Position numbers and translations under genes: made by a program. Shown in pieces: positions 10,727-22,518 of a DNA stretch of 30,085 nt. Every line of letters begins with the position of its first letter. The stretch's first letter is position 1. The DNA comes from Octopus sinensis. Its lineage: Eukaryota. The notes beneath the pieces were generated by a model. That model saw only the letters and a program-made list of their open reading frames with translations. It did not search any database and was not told where the DNA came from. The stretch spans positions 1 to 30,085 of the forward strand of contig NW_021827514.1 of assembly GCF_006345805.1 (NCBI RefSeq), in the 5' to 3' direction.

Positions 10727-10771
10727 GTATGTGCATGCGTGTATGCAAGTGTATGCGTGTATGCAAGTGTA

Positions 10772-10812
<41 letters not shown>

Positions 10813-10915
10813 CATACATATATATGTATGTGTACGCGTGTATGCAAGTGGTGTATAATGTATATGTATGTATATGCATGTGTGTGTGTATGTGTGAGTG
10901 TGTGTGTGTGTGTAC
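10550..10915. repeat. Compound (TA)/(TG)/(ACAT) array with a repeated TATGCGTGTATGCAAGTG-type block
   Basis: Read directly; GCGTGTATGCAAGTG occurs four times. Confidence 0.92.
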
Positions 10916-11717
10916 ATAGACTATTGTTTCTAGTCAGACAGAAAACAATGTCAGAAAATATTGGTTGTTTCTAATCGTTTCAAACGGTTCAAGAGAAGAG
11001 CTGTAACTTAAATATATATTACTAATTGTAGCCAGCAGGGGGAGAGACTAATCAATTTTTATTTATTTTATTTCTTCTCTAATAGAATACATAAAACATA
11101 AAACAGCTCCTCAATTGGTGAACTTTTATGGAATTTGGGGAGAAAAAAAAAGCTTTAAAACAAAAAAAAACAACAACAAAACAGAAACAAAACAAAAACG
11201 AAAATAAAACATCAGTGTTTTAATACCAAATTAGTCGTTCGCTTCTTTGATAAGTTTTAAACAAAAGAGCTTCAAAGAAATGGATTCGTTCATCTACAGA
11301 CGAATATCGAGTTGTCAGCTGAAGTTATGAACTTTTATTTTTTTACACGTCTTTTTGCGTAATAACAGACAGAATAGAAAGCAAAATAATATATAAAATA
11401 TCATAACTTTGCAAGCAAATGAGAAACATCAGATCAAAAGAAAGGTATCACAATGTTTACAGTCCATTTCTTTCTATTTAATTCCATTATGGCTTCTTAG
11501 TTGCTTTTCCAATGTCGATTGTATCGACATAAACTGCGCTGTTTTTTTCTTTCTGTTTTTTTCTTTTTTTTTTCATGTTCTTGATCTCATTATTTAAAAA
11601 CACACTAAAACAAGAGCGGTTGTGTCTCATATCCTTAAAATTGATTGCCCACGCGGTGTTAACTTTTACATCATTGCCAGAGGCATGAGCTTAAACTTTC
11701 ACCTACGAGGTTTTTAA

Positions 11718-11979
11718 ACACACACACACACACACACACAACACACACACACATACACACACACACATATAATATATATGTGTATATATACATATACATA
11801 TATATAATATATATATAGATATATACATATATATATATATATATAATATATATATATATATAATATATATACATATATATATATATATACAATATATATA
11901 TATATACATATATATATATATTATATATATATATACAATATATATATATACATATATATATATAAATATATATAGTATA

Positions 11980-12018
<39 letters not shown>

Positions 12019-12022
12019 TATA
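11718..12022. repeat. (CA)n and (TA)n microsatellite
   Basis: Read directly. Confidence 0.96.
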
Positions 12023-12250
12023 TCACCGTGACCGACCAGGCTATCACATGTTGTTACACATCGCTGGTCACAATGCGCTTCGCATGTTTTTTGCCTTCAA
12101 ATGACGCCATCCCGCAGGCTAAGCGAGCAGGCCAACAGAATAAAGAGTGAGAGAAAGTTGTGGCGAAAGAGTAGAGCAGGGATCGCCACCACCCCCTGCC
12201 AGAGCCTCATGGAGCTTTTAGGTGTTTTCGCTCAATAAACACTCACAACT
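12023..12250 (-). mobile_element. 5'-truncated SINE of a third family
   Basis: A GC-rich island. Its minus strand begins GTTGTGAGTGTTTATTGAGCGAAAACACCT, similar to the core at 17-45 (GTTGTGTTCTTGAGTAAGACACTT), and ends in (TA)n. Confidence 0.55.
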
Positions 12251-12564
12251 CACATACTGTCATCGAACAACGCATTGGGATCCCTTCTGTCAGGGAGTTG
12301 TCAAATGCGGAAGAGACAATCTCACTTTATTATACCAATTGCCGTATTACCAATTGTAAAGTAAGTTTTGCTAAACTTCCAAGTATTTGTCAAACGGGTG
12401 GGTCAGTTTTAATGCTACAAATTGGTTGAATTTGCCATATATATAGTTAGTTCAAATCCCATATTGTTTTCTCAATTATGGCCCATTATGACAACGTTCT
12501 AACTTACTTGTCATAACATGGCCACTGATGTTCTGATGATTTTCGCTTCCCTATGGGGCATAAG

Positions 12565-12982
12565 TTCTCTGTTTCATTACCCACAAGGGCTAAACACAGA
12601 GGGGACAAACAAAGACAGACAAACGGATTAAGTCGATTATATCAACCCCAGTGCGTAACTGGTACTTAATTTATCGACCCCGAAAGGCTGAAAGCCAAAG
12701 TCAACCTCGGCGGAATTTGAACTCAGAACGTAACGACAGACGAAATACCTATTTCTTTACTACCCACAAAGGGCTAAACACAGAGAGAACAAACAAGGAC
12801 AGACAAACGGATTAAGTCGATTATATCAACCCCAGTGCGTAACTGGTACTTAATTTATCGACCCCGAAAGGATGAAAGGCAAAGTCAACCTCGGCGGAAT
12901 TTGAACTCAGAACGTAACGGCAGACGAAATACAGCTACGCATTTCGCCCGGAGTGCTAACGTTTCTGTCAGCTCGCCGCCCT
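12565..12982 (-). mobile_element. Family-2 SINE with tandemly duplicated 3' ~180 bp and a 14-bp TSD
   Basis: Full copy at 12750-12980 plus a second 3' module at 12573-12749. Direct repeat CTATGGGGCATAAG at 12551-12564 and 12983-12996. Confidence 0.92.
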
Positions 12983-13086
12983 CTATGGGGCATAAGCTAT
13001 CGACAACTTGTCTCCACTGCTCTCATCTCCGGATAGTCTATTCTGCCTCTGCTCAGTTGGATGACTGCTTTTCAGGTCTGTGGCCT
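12983..13086 (-). pseudogene. 3' end of an RTE-like LINE ORF, interrupted by the SINE; continues at about 12540-12564
   Basis: Minus-strand translation N*AEAE*TIRR*EQWRQVVDSLCPIG resembles the W..AE..AQDR..WR..V..LC..G C-terminus of RTE-type LINEs. Confidence 0.6.
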
Positions 13087-13456
13087 AACAATTATATTTA
13101 AAATTTTGCTGTACCTCATTCATTTTCTTACTGATTTAATAATTTTTTAATGAATTAAATATTTACTGATTTGGAAATGAATTGTGCAAAATAAATCATG
13201 TTAGAGAACGATATACGAATGAACTTCCAACCTAAATTTCTGATTCTTTAGCACACAGCGAAAAAAAAAAAATATCCGTGTGAAGAACTTGCTTTTGATG
13301 CAGTGTGATATTCGATTCTCCTACAGGTATTTGATTTGGTGCCAGAACAGGAAATCTTCTTCAAACGTTCAGAAGTAAAAGAAAAGTTTACATTTTTGAA
13401 AATAGTTCAGTTATTTGGCTTGTGACTTATCTACGATTAAGGCATAAAGACATATT

Positions 13457-13572
13457 CTCTCTCACTCTCTAAATCTCTATTTCTGTCTCTATCTCTCTCC
13501 ATCTCCCTCTCTCTCTAACGTCATCCCTCTCATTTTCTTTCGCTGACTCTTTCACTATCTTTCTCTCCCAAA

Positions 13573-13634
<62 letters not shown>

Positions 13635-13910
13635 GCTCTCCCCGTTTCTAAATCCCTCTGTCTCGAATTCACTTTCACCAATTCTCTCCCTACTCCTCTT
13701 TCTCTCAAACTTACTCTCCTTGACACTCTCTAAATCTCTCTAACTTTCTTTCAGCTTCTCTCCTTCTCTCCTTCTCTCATTTTAAATCTACCTCTCTCTC
13801 CTTCTCTCCCGACCTGTTTCTCTCTACCTGTCTCTCTCTTTCTCTCTCTTACTTACTCATTTTCTCTCTCACTCTTTCTCTCTCACTCTCTCTCTCTCTC
13901 TCTCTCTCTC
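13457..13910. repeat. CT-rich polypyrimidine tract with (CT)n and (TA)n
   Basis: Read directly. Confidence 0.92.
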
Positions 13911-14042
13911 ATCAATCTGAGCCTGAGCAATATACCAATTCATCTAGCCGGCTTCACGGAAAAGTAAAACCAAAACAGAACAAAACAACAAAACGACAAA
14001 AAAAAAACAAGAAAAGAAACAAGATGAACACAATTAAATTAC

Positions 14043-14199
14043 GTTGACAAACCAGAAGACATTCAAAACAGATAGCAAAATTTAATTCAACTCTGGTAAT
14101 TTGTAACATTTCCAAAGCGACCCCTACCAGCATTAAAGATTTATAAAGATTCTTATTAATTTCTTGATTTAGAAAAATACCTCTTTTACTCTTCGCCAT
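14043..14199 (-). CDS. Candidate first coding exon segment of an unidentified gene (exon 14282-14043)
   Basis: Minus-strand acceptor TTTCTTTTCAG|G at 14283/14282 and ATG at 14199. 52 codons (MAKSKRG...FAICFECLLVCQ) with a hydrophobic second half lead to a phase-1 donor C|GTAATT at 14043/14042, followed by T-rich intron-like sequence. No homology recognised. Confidence 0.27.
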
Positions 14200-14290
14200 T
14201 CTTCCATCTTATTCTTCAGCTATACTTTTCGACATTGACTTTAGAAATTATAGATTTTAATAAATGAGAGTTTTTATTTTTCCTGAAAAG

Positions 14291-14292
<2 letters not shown>

Positions 14293-14374
<82 letters not shown>

Positions 14375-14562
14375 CATTAATAATATACAATGCATACATA
14401 CATACATTCATACATACATACACAAGTAGATACATACATACATATATACATAAATACATATATAACATATATATATCATATATACATATAATATATATAT
14501 AATATATATATATATATAAATATTTATAATATATAAATATATATATATATTATATATAATAT

Positions 14563-14642
<80 letters not shown>

Positions 14643-14740
14643 CCAAATAATATTCATACATTCATACATGCATGAATACATACATTGATACATACATATT
14701 ATATGTATATATAAATATATGTATGTATGTATATATATGC
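14293..14740. repeat. (TA)n/(ACAT)n low-complexity array
   Basis: Read directly. Confidence 0.95.
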
Positions 14741-15089
14741 GTTTGTCTATGTATTTATGTCCGTCTCTTTCTGTCTGTCTGTGTGTACATTGAGTATAAT
14801 TAAAGGGAAAGAAAAATAATTATGACCTAAGAAGTGAAAGTAATTTATTAAAATAGTATTAATTAATAAAACGGAAAGAGGAGGAAATAGAAAAAAAAAT
14901 GGACAGCTGATAAAGAAATTTTGTTTTGAAAAGCTAAATGACGAATTAGTTTGAAATATATTTTATGAGCAGATAAACAATTTAATGACAAGATGTCGGA
15001 ATTAGCAGGAAAATTAAAAAATATTTATATTTTCACTTAATAATTTTACTTGGTTTATTTATTCGTGTTGAATTACATTTCAGCGTAGG

Positions 15090-15130
15090 AGTATATATGT
15101 GTGTATGTATATATGTATGTATATATGTAT

Positions 15131-15200
<70 letters not shown>

Positions 15201-15246
15201 GCATATATGTCCATATATACATATATATACATGTAGATAGACAGTC

Positions 15247-15339
<93 letters not shown>

Positions 15340-15345
15340 TACATA
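15090..15345. repeat. (GATA)n arrays
   Basis: Read directly. Confidence 0.95.
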
Positions 15346-15357
15346 GATGCATACATA

Positions 15358-15495
15358 TGCCTAGCTGTGCGACTGTAGAACTTGCTTCCCGACCATACGG
15401 TCTTGGATTCAGTTCCAGTGAGTGACGCCATGGGCAAACGTCTTCTACTATAGCTCAAAAATCAATCAAAGCCTTGTGAATGGAATTGGTAGATA
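15358..15495 (+). mobile_element. Family-1 SINE 5' half, diverged
   Basis: TAGCTGTG...CTTGCTTCC..ACCA...TTCAGTTCCA.TG.GTG...ATGGGCAA..GTCTTCTACTATAGC...AAAGCCTTGTGA.TGGA.TTGGTAGA aligns to the family-1 head. Confidence 0.8.
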
Positions 15496-15594
15496 TTTAT
15501 ATAAGTGTTTATGTGTTTGTTTGTGTGTGTATATGCCTGTATGTATGGTTATATGGTTGTATATACACACACACGCGCATACAGATTCATATTA

Positions 15595-15822
15595 TGTAAC
15601 CCTTCTGTCCGGTAGTCGCAATGATAGATCGGTAGCCACTACACACATTTTTTTTACTCTCCTTATTTCTCTCCTTGTTTTTTTCTGTGTGCCTTTCTGT
15701 AGAAGAGCGTAGGCTCTAAACGCAAAAGACTTTTTTCTATTCCTGAGCGTTATACTAATACATCTGTTTATTTTCTACACCACATGTCTTCGTCTTTTGT
15801 TTTTTTCGTGAACTCTCCCTAT
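15595..15822 (+). mobile_element. Second copy of the 7321 PLE pLTR-like element, with a mutated hammerhead-like motif
   Basis: Collinear with 7321-7530. The motif at 15693-15728 has TAAAC-GCA instead of GAAAC-GTA. Confidence 0.75.
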
Positions 15823-16181
15823 ACATATATACACACAAATGTGTGTGCGTGTGTGTGTGTTACAGAGACAAAAGGTTACTAATATCTAAAGGCAATCTTT
15901 GTATCCAACTTAATGAGGATGTTGAGTAAGAACTCGGAACACTGTGAGAACCTCTCGTGTGCACACATAATGCTTAAAAGCACTCATATTCGTATCGTTG
16001 GTGGGCGAAAATCGCCTGCTACGGCTCCGGACCTGCCAATGTCTTCATTTCTTTAGACAATATCACATTTAATTGTTGTACAACAGGAATTGGTCGAAAT
16101 ATTTTGAAACGAAATAATACTGTATTGAACAAAGAAGGGTTAGGGTTAGAGTTACTGAAGGAACGCAAACAAATAAACTAA

Positions 16182-17482
16182 GCTGCAATAATTGTGTGAG
16201 TCTGAGAGGGGATTATATTCAATAAAATCATAATTGATCCTCCTGTATTTTCTTTTACCCAAAGCAAGGAACTTTTCAACACCCTCTCCAAATGGTATGT
16301 TTTCTCAGCGGCCTCTATAATTTTTCTGAGAATTTCTTTTTTTCTCCGTCTGCAAGTTGTCGGAATATTCTGAACATCGAGCGAACCCTGATTCCAACAA
16401 ATCCTCTAACTCCTGTCTCTATGGGAAAGAATACTGTCTCCCATTCAAGACGTTAAACGAGAGAACATGATTAGTTAATTATATTAATGTAGCGAAGAAA
16501 AACAAATGAAAATGGATACAGCTTTTTGTTACTTATTTTGAGCTAAACCCATATATCACCTTTGACGAAATACATACGCTTTGCGCTGATATCGAGGTTT
16601 CTACTACTGTGTTTTTCTCCCACTTCCGCTTTATAACCGGTGATGGTTTGTTCACTTCTCCGTAACTTAGCGCACCTGCGAGCGTATATCGAGACTAATA
16701 TTTACTTTATCGTTTTCTTTTGCCGAACCCCTAAGTCACGGAGATGTAAATGGTCGTTGTAAACATTCACCCCCAAAGTATACGAAAGACAACACTGTAA
16801 CACAGTATACACATCCCGAAGTTCAATGAACGCAGCTTCCAATAGAATTTTGTTGTTATCCTTGAGGAAAATGACTTTCCAGCTGCTCTATCATTTGGAA
16901 ATGACAATGAGATAGTGAGCTGAAAAATAGAGAAAGGATTAATGTTTATCATAGGTAATTAAAATCACATTTGTTTAAATGCAACATGCCGCAATGCTGT
17001 AATGATCTGTAGAGGTTATGTGTTGTTTAGGTATTATAACCTGAGATTTATAGATTAGTTGAAACCTCGATATCAGCGCGAAGGCGTATGTATTTCGTCA
17101 AAGGTAATATATGAGCTTAGCTAAAATATATAAACAAAAAGCTGTATCACTTTCATTTGTTTTTCTTCGCTACATTAATATAATTAACTAATCATGTTCT
17201 CTCGTTTAACGTCTTGAATGGGAGACAGTATTCTTTCCCATAGAGACAGGAGTTAGAGGATTTGTTGGAATCAGGGTTCGCTCTATGTTCAGAATATTCC
17301 GACTACTCGCGGACGGAGGAAAAAGAAATTATCAAAAACATAGTAGAGGCCGCAGAGAAAACATACAGTTAGGAAGGGGTGTTGAAAAGTTCCTGGCTTT
17401 AGGTAAAAGAAAATACAGGAGGATCGATTAATTATGATTTTATTGAATATAATCCCCTCTCAGACCCACACATTATTGCAGC
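16182..17482. repeat. Large inverted duplication: arms 16182-16606 and 17056-17482, spacer about 450 bp
   Basis: The arms are reverse complements along their whole length; 16379-16511 and 17151-17283 match exactly. Confidence 0.96.
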
Positions 17483-17585
17483 AACGACCCTTCAGTGTTT
17501 CTACGCCTTGTAAAAGAACTCGGAAGGTTGGCATTCCAGTCAAGCGATACTCTTAAAGCCAGGAACGCTTAAGCACCCTCCTGTA
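17370..17585. mobile_element. Mariner-type MITE (~216 bp)
   Basis: Imperfect 32-bp TIRs TAGGAAGGGGTGTTGAAAAGTTCCTGGCTTTA / TAAAGCCAGGAACGCTTAAGCACCCTCCTGTA with TA at both ends. They resemble irritans-type (Hsmar2-like) mariner TIRs. A partial inverted copy lies at about 16182-16292. Confidence 0.7.
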
Positions 17586-17756
17586 TATATATATATATAT
17601 TATAATATAGATATATATATATATTATATAAATAATATATAAATATACACATATATACATACATATATGTACGTACCTACATCTATATGTATATATACAT
17701 GTATGTATATATGTATAAATACATACACATTTTTGTATGTATACATATATATATAT

Positions 17757-17840
17757 AAGTACTGGGGTAGGTCTATTCTATTAAGTTACTTCAAGGCAGT
17801 GTTCCAACATGGCCGCAGTCTTATGTCTGAAGCAAGTGAT
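17757..17840 (+). mobile_element. Family-1 SINE tail fragment
   Basis: AAGGCAGTGTTCCAACATGGCCGCAGTC..ATG.CTGAAGCAAGT matches the tail. Confidence 0.65.
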
Positions 17841-18111
17841 ATATAAAACATTGCAAAGAATGTGTCGACAAAGAATTTGCCCAAAACTTATCTAAGAAGA
17901 GTCTGTGAGCAGCGACGTGGTAACGACCTCAAAAAAGAAAACTACAACTCCACCAGTAGATCCGCGATCATCGCCAGCAACATCACCGCATTCGATATTA
18001 AAGATACTAATTAATTACTTAGGGCGATTTAATTAACTAATTAACACCACGCCCAAAATTCCTGCTTTAGGCCTATGTTAGAAATTGCTTAAAATTTCAG
18101 GCCTTTTGCTT

Positions 18112-18332
18112 AGAATTGGCAAAATCTCTTGAGCGTTGGAAATGTCTAAGACATTTCTTCAGAGGTTTCACATTTTGAGTTCAAATGACACCGAAGTCGA
18201 CTCTGCTGTTCACCCCCGCCCCACCCCCGGGGCTTAATGAAATAGTTACCTGTTATGCACTGACCTCGATGTAATCTGTCAGCACCATTTTCCTCAAGAT
18301 TGTTGGTCTTGTACCAAAATTATAAAGAATTA
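18112..18332 (+). mobile_element. Old, diverged family-2 SINE
   Basis: TGAGTTCAAAT...CCGAAGTCGACT.TGC..TTCA...GCACTG...TCGATGTAATC...TGGTCTTGTACCAAAATT in family-2 order. Confidence 0.65.
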
Positions 18333-18624
18333 CTTATACTGCTCATAAGCATGAAGGGGCGGATTTCTGCAGATGTGCTGTCACCTTCGGAAGACAAGTG
18401 TAACAATTTTATAAAGACTCTCTCGTAAAGCTACAGGAAACTAACGTAAAAACTTACCAGCATAAAATCAGCGTGGTTTTCACGTGTGCAGCCATTTTTT
18501 AAGATAATAACGCTTATTTATTTTCCGTGATGACTGGTGACATTTTATTTTTATTTATTTATTTATTTATTTATTTATTAATTTTTCAGAATATAAAGTG
18601 GATTGGCATGAATATATATATATA

Positions 18625-18997
18625 TACTCTTTACTCTTTTACTTGTTTCAATCATTTGACTGTGGCCATGCTGGAGTACCACCTTTAGTTGAGCAAATTG
18701 ACCCCAGGACTTATTCTTTGTAAGCCTAGTAATTATTCTACCGGTCTTTTGCCGAACTGCTAAGTTATGGGGATGTAAACACACCAGCATCGGTTGTCAA
18801 GTGATGTTGGGGGGACAAACAGACACACACATATATACGACGAGCTCCTTTCGGTTTCCGTCTATCAAATCCACTCACAAGGCTTTGGTCAGCCCGAGGC
18901 TATAGTAGAAGACACCCAAGGTGCCACGCAGTAGGACTGAACCCGGAACCATGTGGCTGGTAAGCAAGCTACTTACCACACAGCCACTCCTGCGCCT
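18625..18997 (-). mobile_element. Family-1 SINE, full length
   Basis: Reverse complement of 28903-29340 and 5040-5400; head GGCGCAGGAGTGGCTGTGTGGTAAGTAGCTTG. Confidence 0.95.
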
Positions 18998-19604
18998 GTA
19001 TATAGACATCATACATACTCTAGCAACAAGATAACATGATAGAACTTAAGAGTGGAAGGCATAACACGGTGATAATAACTAGTATATATTTACGTGATAA
19101 TTTTGTTTATAATGAAAGTTTTTTACTAAATCTAAAATAAAAAAAATTTTTTAAACGTACTAGTAAGTTACTATAAGAAATATCACACGAACGCACATGG
19201 ATATCGTAGATACACTCGTAGCTAAAATATAACTAATAGAATATAACAGCTGAAGTTATTGTACGGTGATATGAAGTGCTATATATTTATGCGATTGTTT
19301 TATTAGCAATGTAATATATCTATAGTAAAAAATATATTTCTATAAAAAGAGACTGATAAATTATTCTATAAAACGTCACACTTTTTCACAATAAAGTTGT
19401 TGATATAATGCATCAGATTTAAAGAATTAAAACTAATTCTTCATATCATTTTTTTATAGTTCTATTCATATTCTATCGTTCATTTGCTTATGAATGCTAT
19501 TTTGCTAACACCTAACAGCTTCCTGTGCTTGCAGAAGAAATATGGAAAATATAAATCATTGCACATTATTCATCGCTTTTGAAAAGCATCCATCAATCCT
19601 CATT

Positions 19605-19622
19605 ATATACTACATATATACG

Positions 19623-19671
<49 letters not shown>

Positions 19672-19701
19672 ATATATATGTGTGTGTATATATATATCTA
19701 T

Positions 19702-19733
<32 letters not shown>

Positions 19734-20075
19734 AATATATATAATATATATATATATATGCATATACACTTATATACAAATTTATACATATATACATATA
19801 CACACACAAACATATATGTATATGTGCATATACACTTAATACAAATTTATACGTATATATACATATACACACAAACATATATATATATATATTTATACAT
19901 AAATATACATGTATATAAATACATATATATATATATATATAAATATGTACACACACACATATATATATATATATACATAGATACACACATATATATGTAT
20001 GTATATACATACACACACATGTATATGTATGTCTGTATCTAACTATCTATCTATCTATCTATTTATCTATCTATA
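19605..20075. repeat. (TA)/(CA)/(ATCT) low-complexity array
   Basis: Read directly. Confidence 0.95.
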
Positions 20076-21105
20076 TATCCATACGTCATAACACAAGAGC
20101 ACCAATTCCACTTTGTATAATTTCTAAGAAAGCGTCTCCTGTTATAGAACTTTATATAGAATACGACCGAAAGCTAACACGTTTGTTGTTCTTTACACTA
20201 GTGGCTGACTATTCGCCACCGAACGCAATTGCAGTTAATGCTGTGTCGATATCGATCGGTGCACTTTTGTTAAGTAACTTCTGCGCTTGTCTCCTTTGTC
20301 GTCCAAACTTTCCATTCAATTCGATTAATTTGTTGAAAAGCGAACACAGTAAGTTAACATGTAATTAAATTACGTTAAAGGCTCTCAACAAAACAACCCC
20401 CTTCGGAGGAATTTATAAGGCATCGAAACATACTAAGTGCTATACCAGAACGTAAAAATGAGGACATTTTCCCATCTTCGACGTTTTATTGTGGAGTCTT
20501 TCAGGTTTTTGTGGAAGAAAACAATTGAAAAGCTTCTTAGGTGTCGATAGAGGCTATTAAATAAAGCAATCAATGATATCTTATGTTACTTGTTCAATGT
20601 TTTTTAAGATATTTTCGAACATTATTCTGCTGGCTTTTTTTTTTTTACATTAGAATCAGAAACTTCCAAGTTTGTTCATTCTTTCATTTAGTTACTTACT
20701 TATCTGTTTATATTTTATTAGGTTTTTGCCACGAATTTACAAATTTAATTTATTGACTTCTTTTCGTTAAGCACTTGCGTATAACAATTTCTGATGTTCT
20801 TTTTTCTTTTCTCTTTTTTCATTTTTATCTGTGTATTTGTTTTTGTTTACAAACCCATTAAACATTAAACATTATCGGTGTAAATTAATTGACATCAGGC
20901 TGCAACAGAAAGCATAGCTTCATCGATAAATGTATGGTAGTTATCTATATTCTATAATTCTAAATTACATTTATCTCACTCCACTGATTGGTTTCGAGCT
21001 GCAGAAAGATACGTGATAGGGTTTCAACTAAGTGCTACCAGGTTACCGTAACACTATGTTTAACTTTTTTATTTCTGTGTATTAATTTATTTCTTTATCT
21101 ATTTT

Positions 21106-21106
<1 letters not shown>

Positions 21107-21141
<35 letters not shown>

Positions 21142-21142
21142 G

Positions 21143-21177
<35 letters not shown>

Positions 21178-21213
21178 GTCATCATCATCATCATCAACCT
21201 TTTCATCATCATC

Positions 21214-21245
<32 letters not shown>

Positions 21246-21358
21246 TACTATTATTACTACTACTACTACTATTATTTTTTCTTCCTTCTTCATTATTATT
21301 ACTATTATTATTATTATTATCATTATTATTATTACTATTATTATTATTATTATTATTA

Positions 21359-21389
<31 letters not shown>

Positions 21390-21495
21390 CATTATTATTA
21401 TTATTATTATTATTACTACTACTACTACTATTATTTTTTCCTTCTTTCTTCATTATTATTACTATTATTATTATTATTATCATTATTATTATTAC

Positions 21496-21534
<39 letters not shown>

Positions 21535-21670
21535 TATAATTATAATTATTATTATTATTATTATCATTATTATTACTACTATTATTACTATTATTATTAT
21601 TATTATCATTATTATTATTATCATTATTATTATTATTATTATTATTTTTATTTTTATTATTATCATTATT
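21107..21670. repeat. (ATC)n/(ATT)n/(ACT)n array with an internal ~160-bp duplication
   Basis: Read directly; the interruption block ACTACT..TTTTTC.TTC.TT.TCATTATTATTACT recurs at about 21255 and 21415. Confidence 0.93.
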
Positions 21671-21957
21671 GCTTTTTTCCCCCAATGTTGTTGCTCGGGG
21701 ATTTAAAGATATCAATATTATTACCATAAATCAATTTAGCATACAGTAAGATGAACTGAAATTTGTCATGCTAAAAATTGTAAACGTTATGCTAGAGTAA
21801 ATAAGTATTATGATGAATTCTGTAAGACAGGAAAAAAAAAGATCTATAATTATCGAGTGGCTTTCGAACACTTGTGTTAAATAGTACATAGCAAACTGAG
21901 GCACGTCTGAACAAGTCACCAGTCGATTAAAAAATCCACAATGACCTCAGACACAAC

Positions 21958-22055
21958 GATAATAATAATAATGATAATAATAATAATAATAATAATTATA
22001 ATAATAATAATAAAATAATAATAATAATAATAATAATGATAATAATATTAATAAT
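21958..22055. repeat. (AAT)n microsatellite
   Basis: Read directly. Confidence 0.95.
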
Positions 22056-22214
22056 ATTTGTTGTTGTTGCTGTTTTTAATATAGACATAAGGCCTCCACA
22101 TTTCTTGGAGGCGGGAGTTGTCGATTACATTGATAGCAGTTCATAAGGTGCTTTTCTGTATTTCACTTTGTGAGACATTCTAATAACTCTGCCAACCCAC
22201 CAACCTAAATAATT

Positions 22215-22518
22215 CTTTCTGATATAGGAACACAACCAGCATTTTACAGAGGAATTGATCTGTCAATACGCGAGTAGGACTTTGTAGTGTAACTCTCTCT
22301 AGAATGAAAGGCAAAGTCAACCTCGATGGAAATTAATCTAAGGATGTAAATAGTGGAAGCAAATACTTATTTCTTTATTGCCCACAAGGGGCTAAACATA
22401 GAAGGGACAAACAAGGACATACAAAGAGATTAAGTGGATTACATCGACCCCAGTGCGTAACTGGTACTTAATTTATCTACCCCGAAAGGTTGAAAGGTTT
22501 CTACCAGCTCGCCGCCTT
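22215..22518 (-). mobile_element. Family-2 SINE composite: old fragment (~22215-22366) plus a younger, internally deleted copy (22367-22518)
   Basis: ATGAAAGGCAAAGTCAACCTCG at about 22303, then TATTTCTTTATTGCCCACAAGGGG...CCCCGAAAGG jumping directly to TTTCTACCAGCTCGCCGCC, so the B-box region is lost. Confidence 0.8.

Noticed and set aside
13327-13405. Possible + strand exon after CTCCTACAG (VFDLVPEQEIFFKRSE...)
   Set aside because: Weak donor, no recognisable homology and no supporting neighbouring exons.
16137-16153. Telomere-like GGGTTAGGGTTAG near the left edge of the inverted repeat
   Set aside because: Only about two units; too short to distinguish from chance.
16182-17482. Single foldback transposon with 425-bp TIRs
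   Set aside because: The outer boundary cuts through the middle of a MITE and no TSD is visible, so a local inverted duplication fits better.
20180-20430. CpG-richer island with a minus-strand TATAAAT as a gene promoter or first exon
   Set aside because: No convincing Inr or splice donor; cannot be supported from sequence alone.
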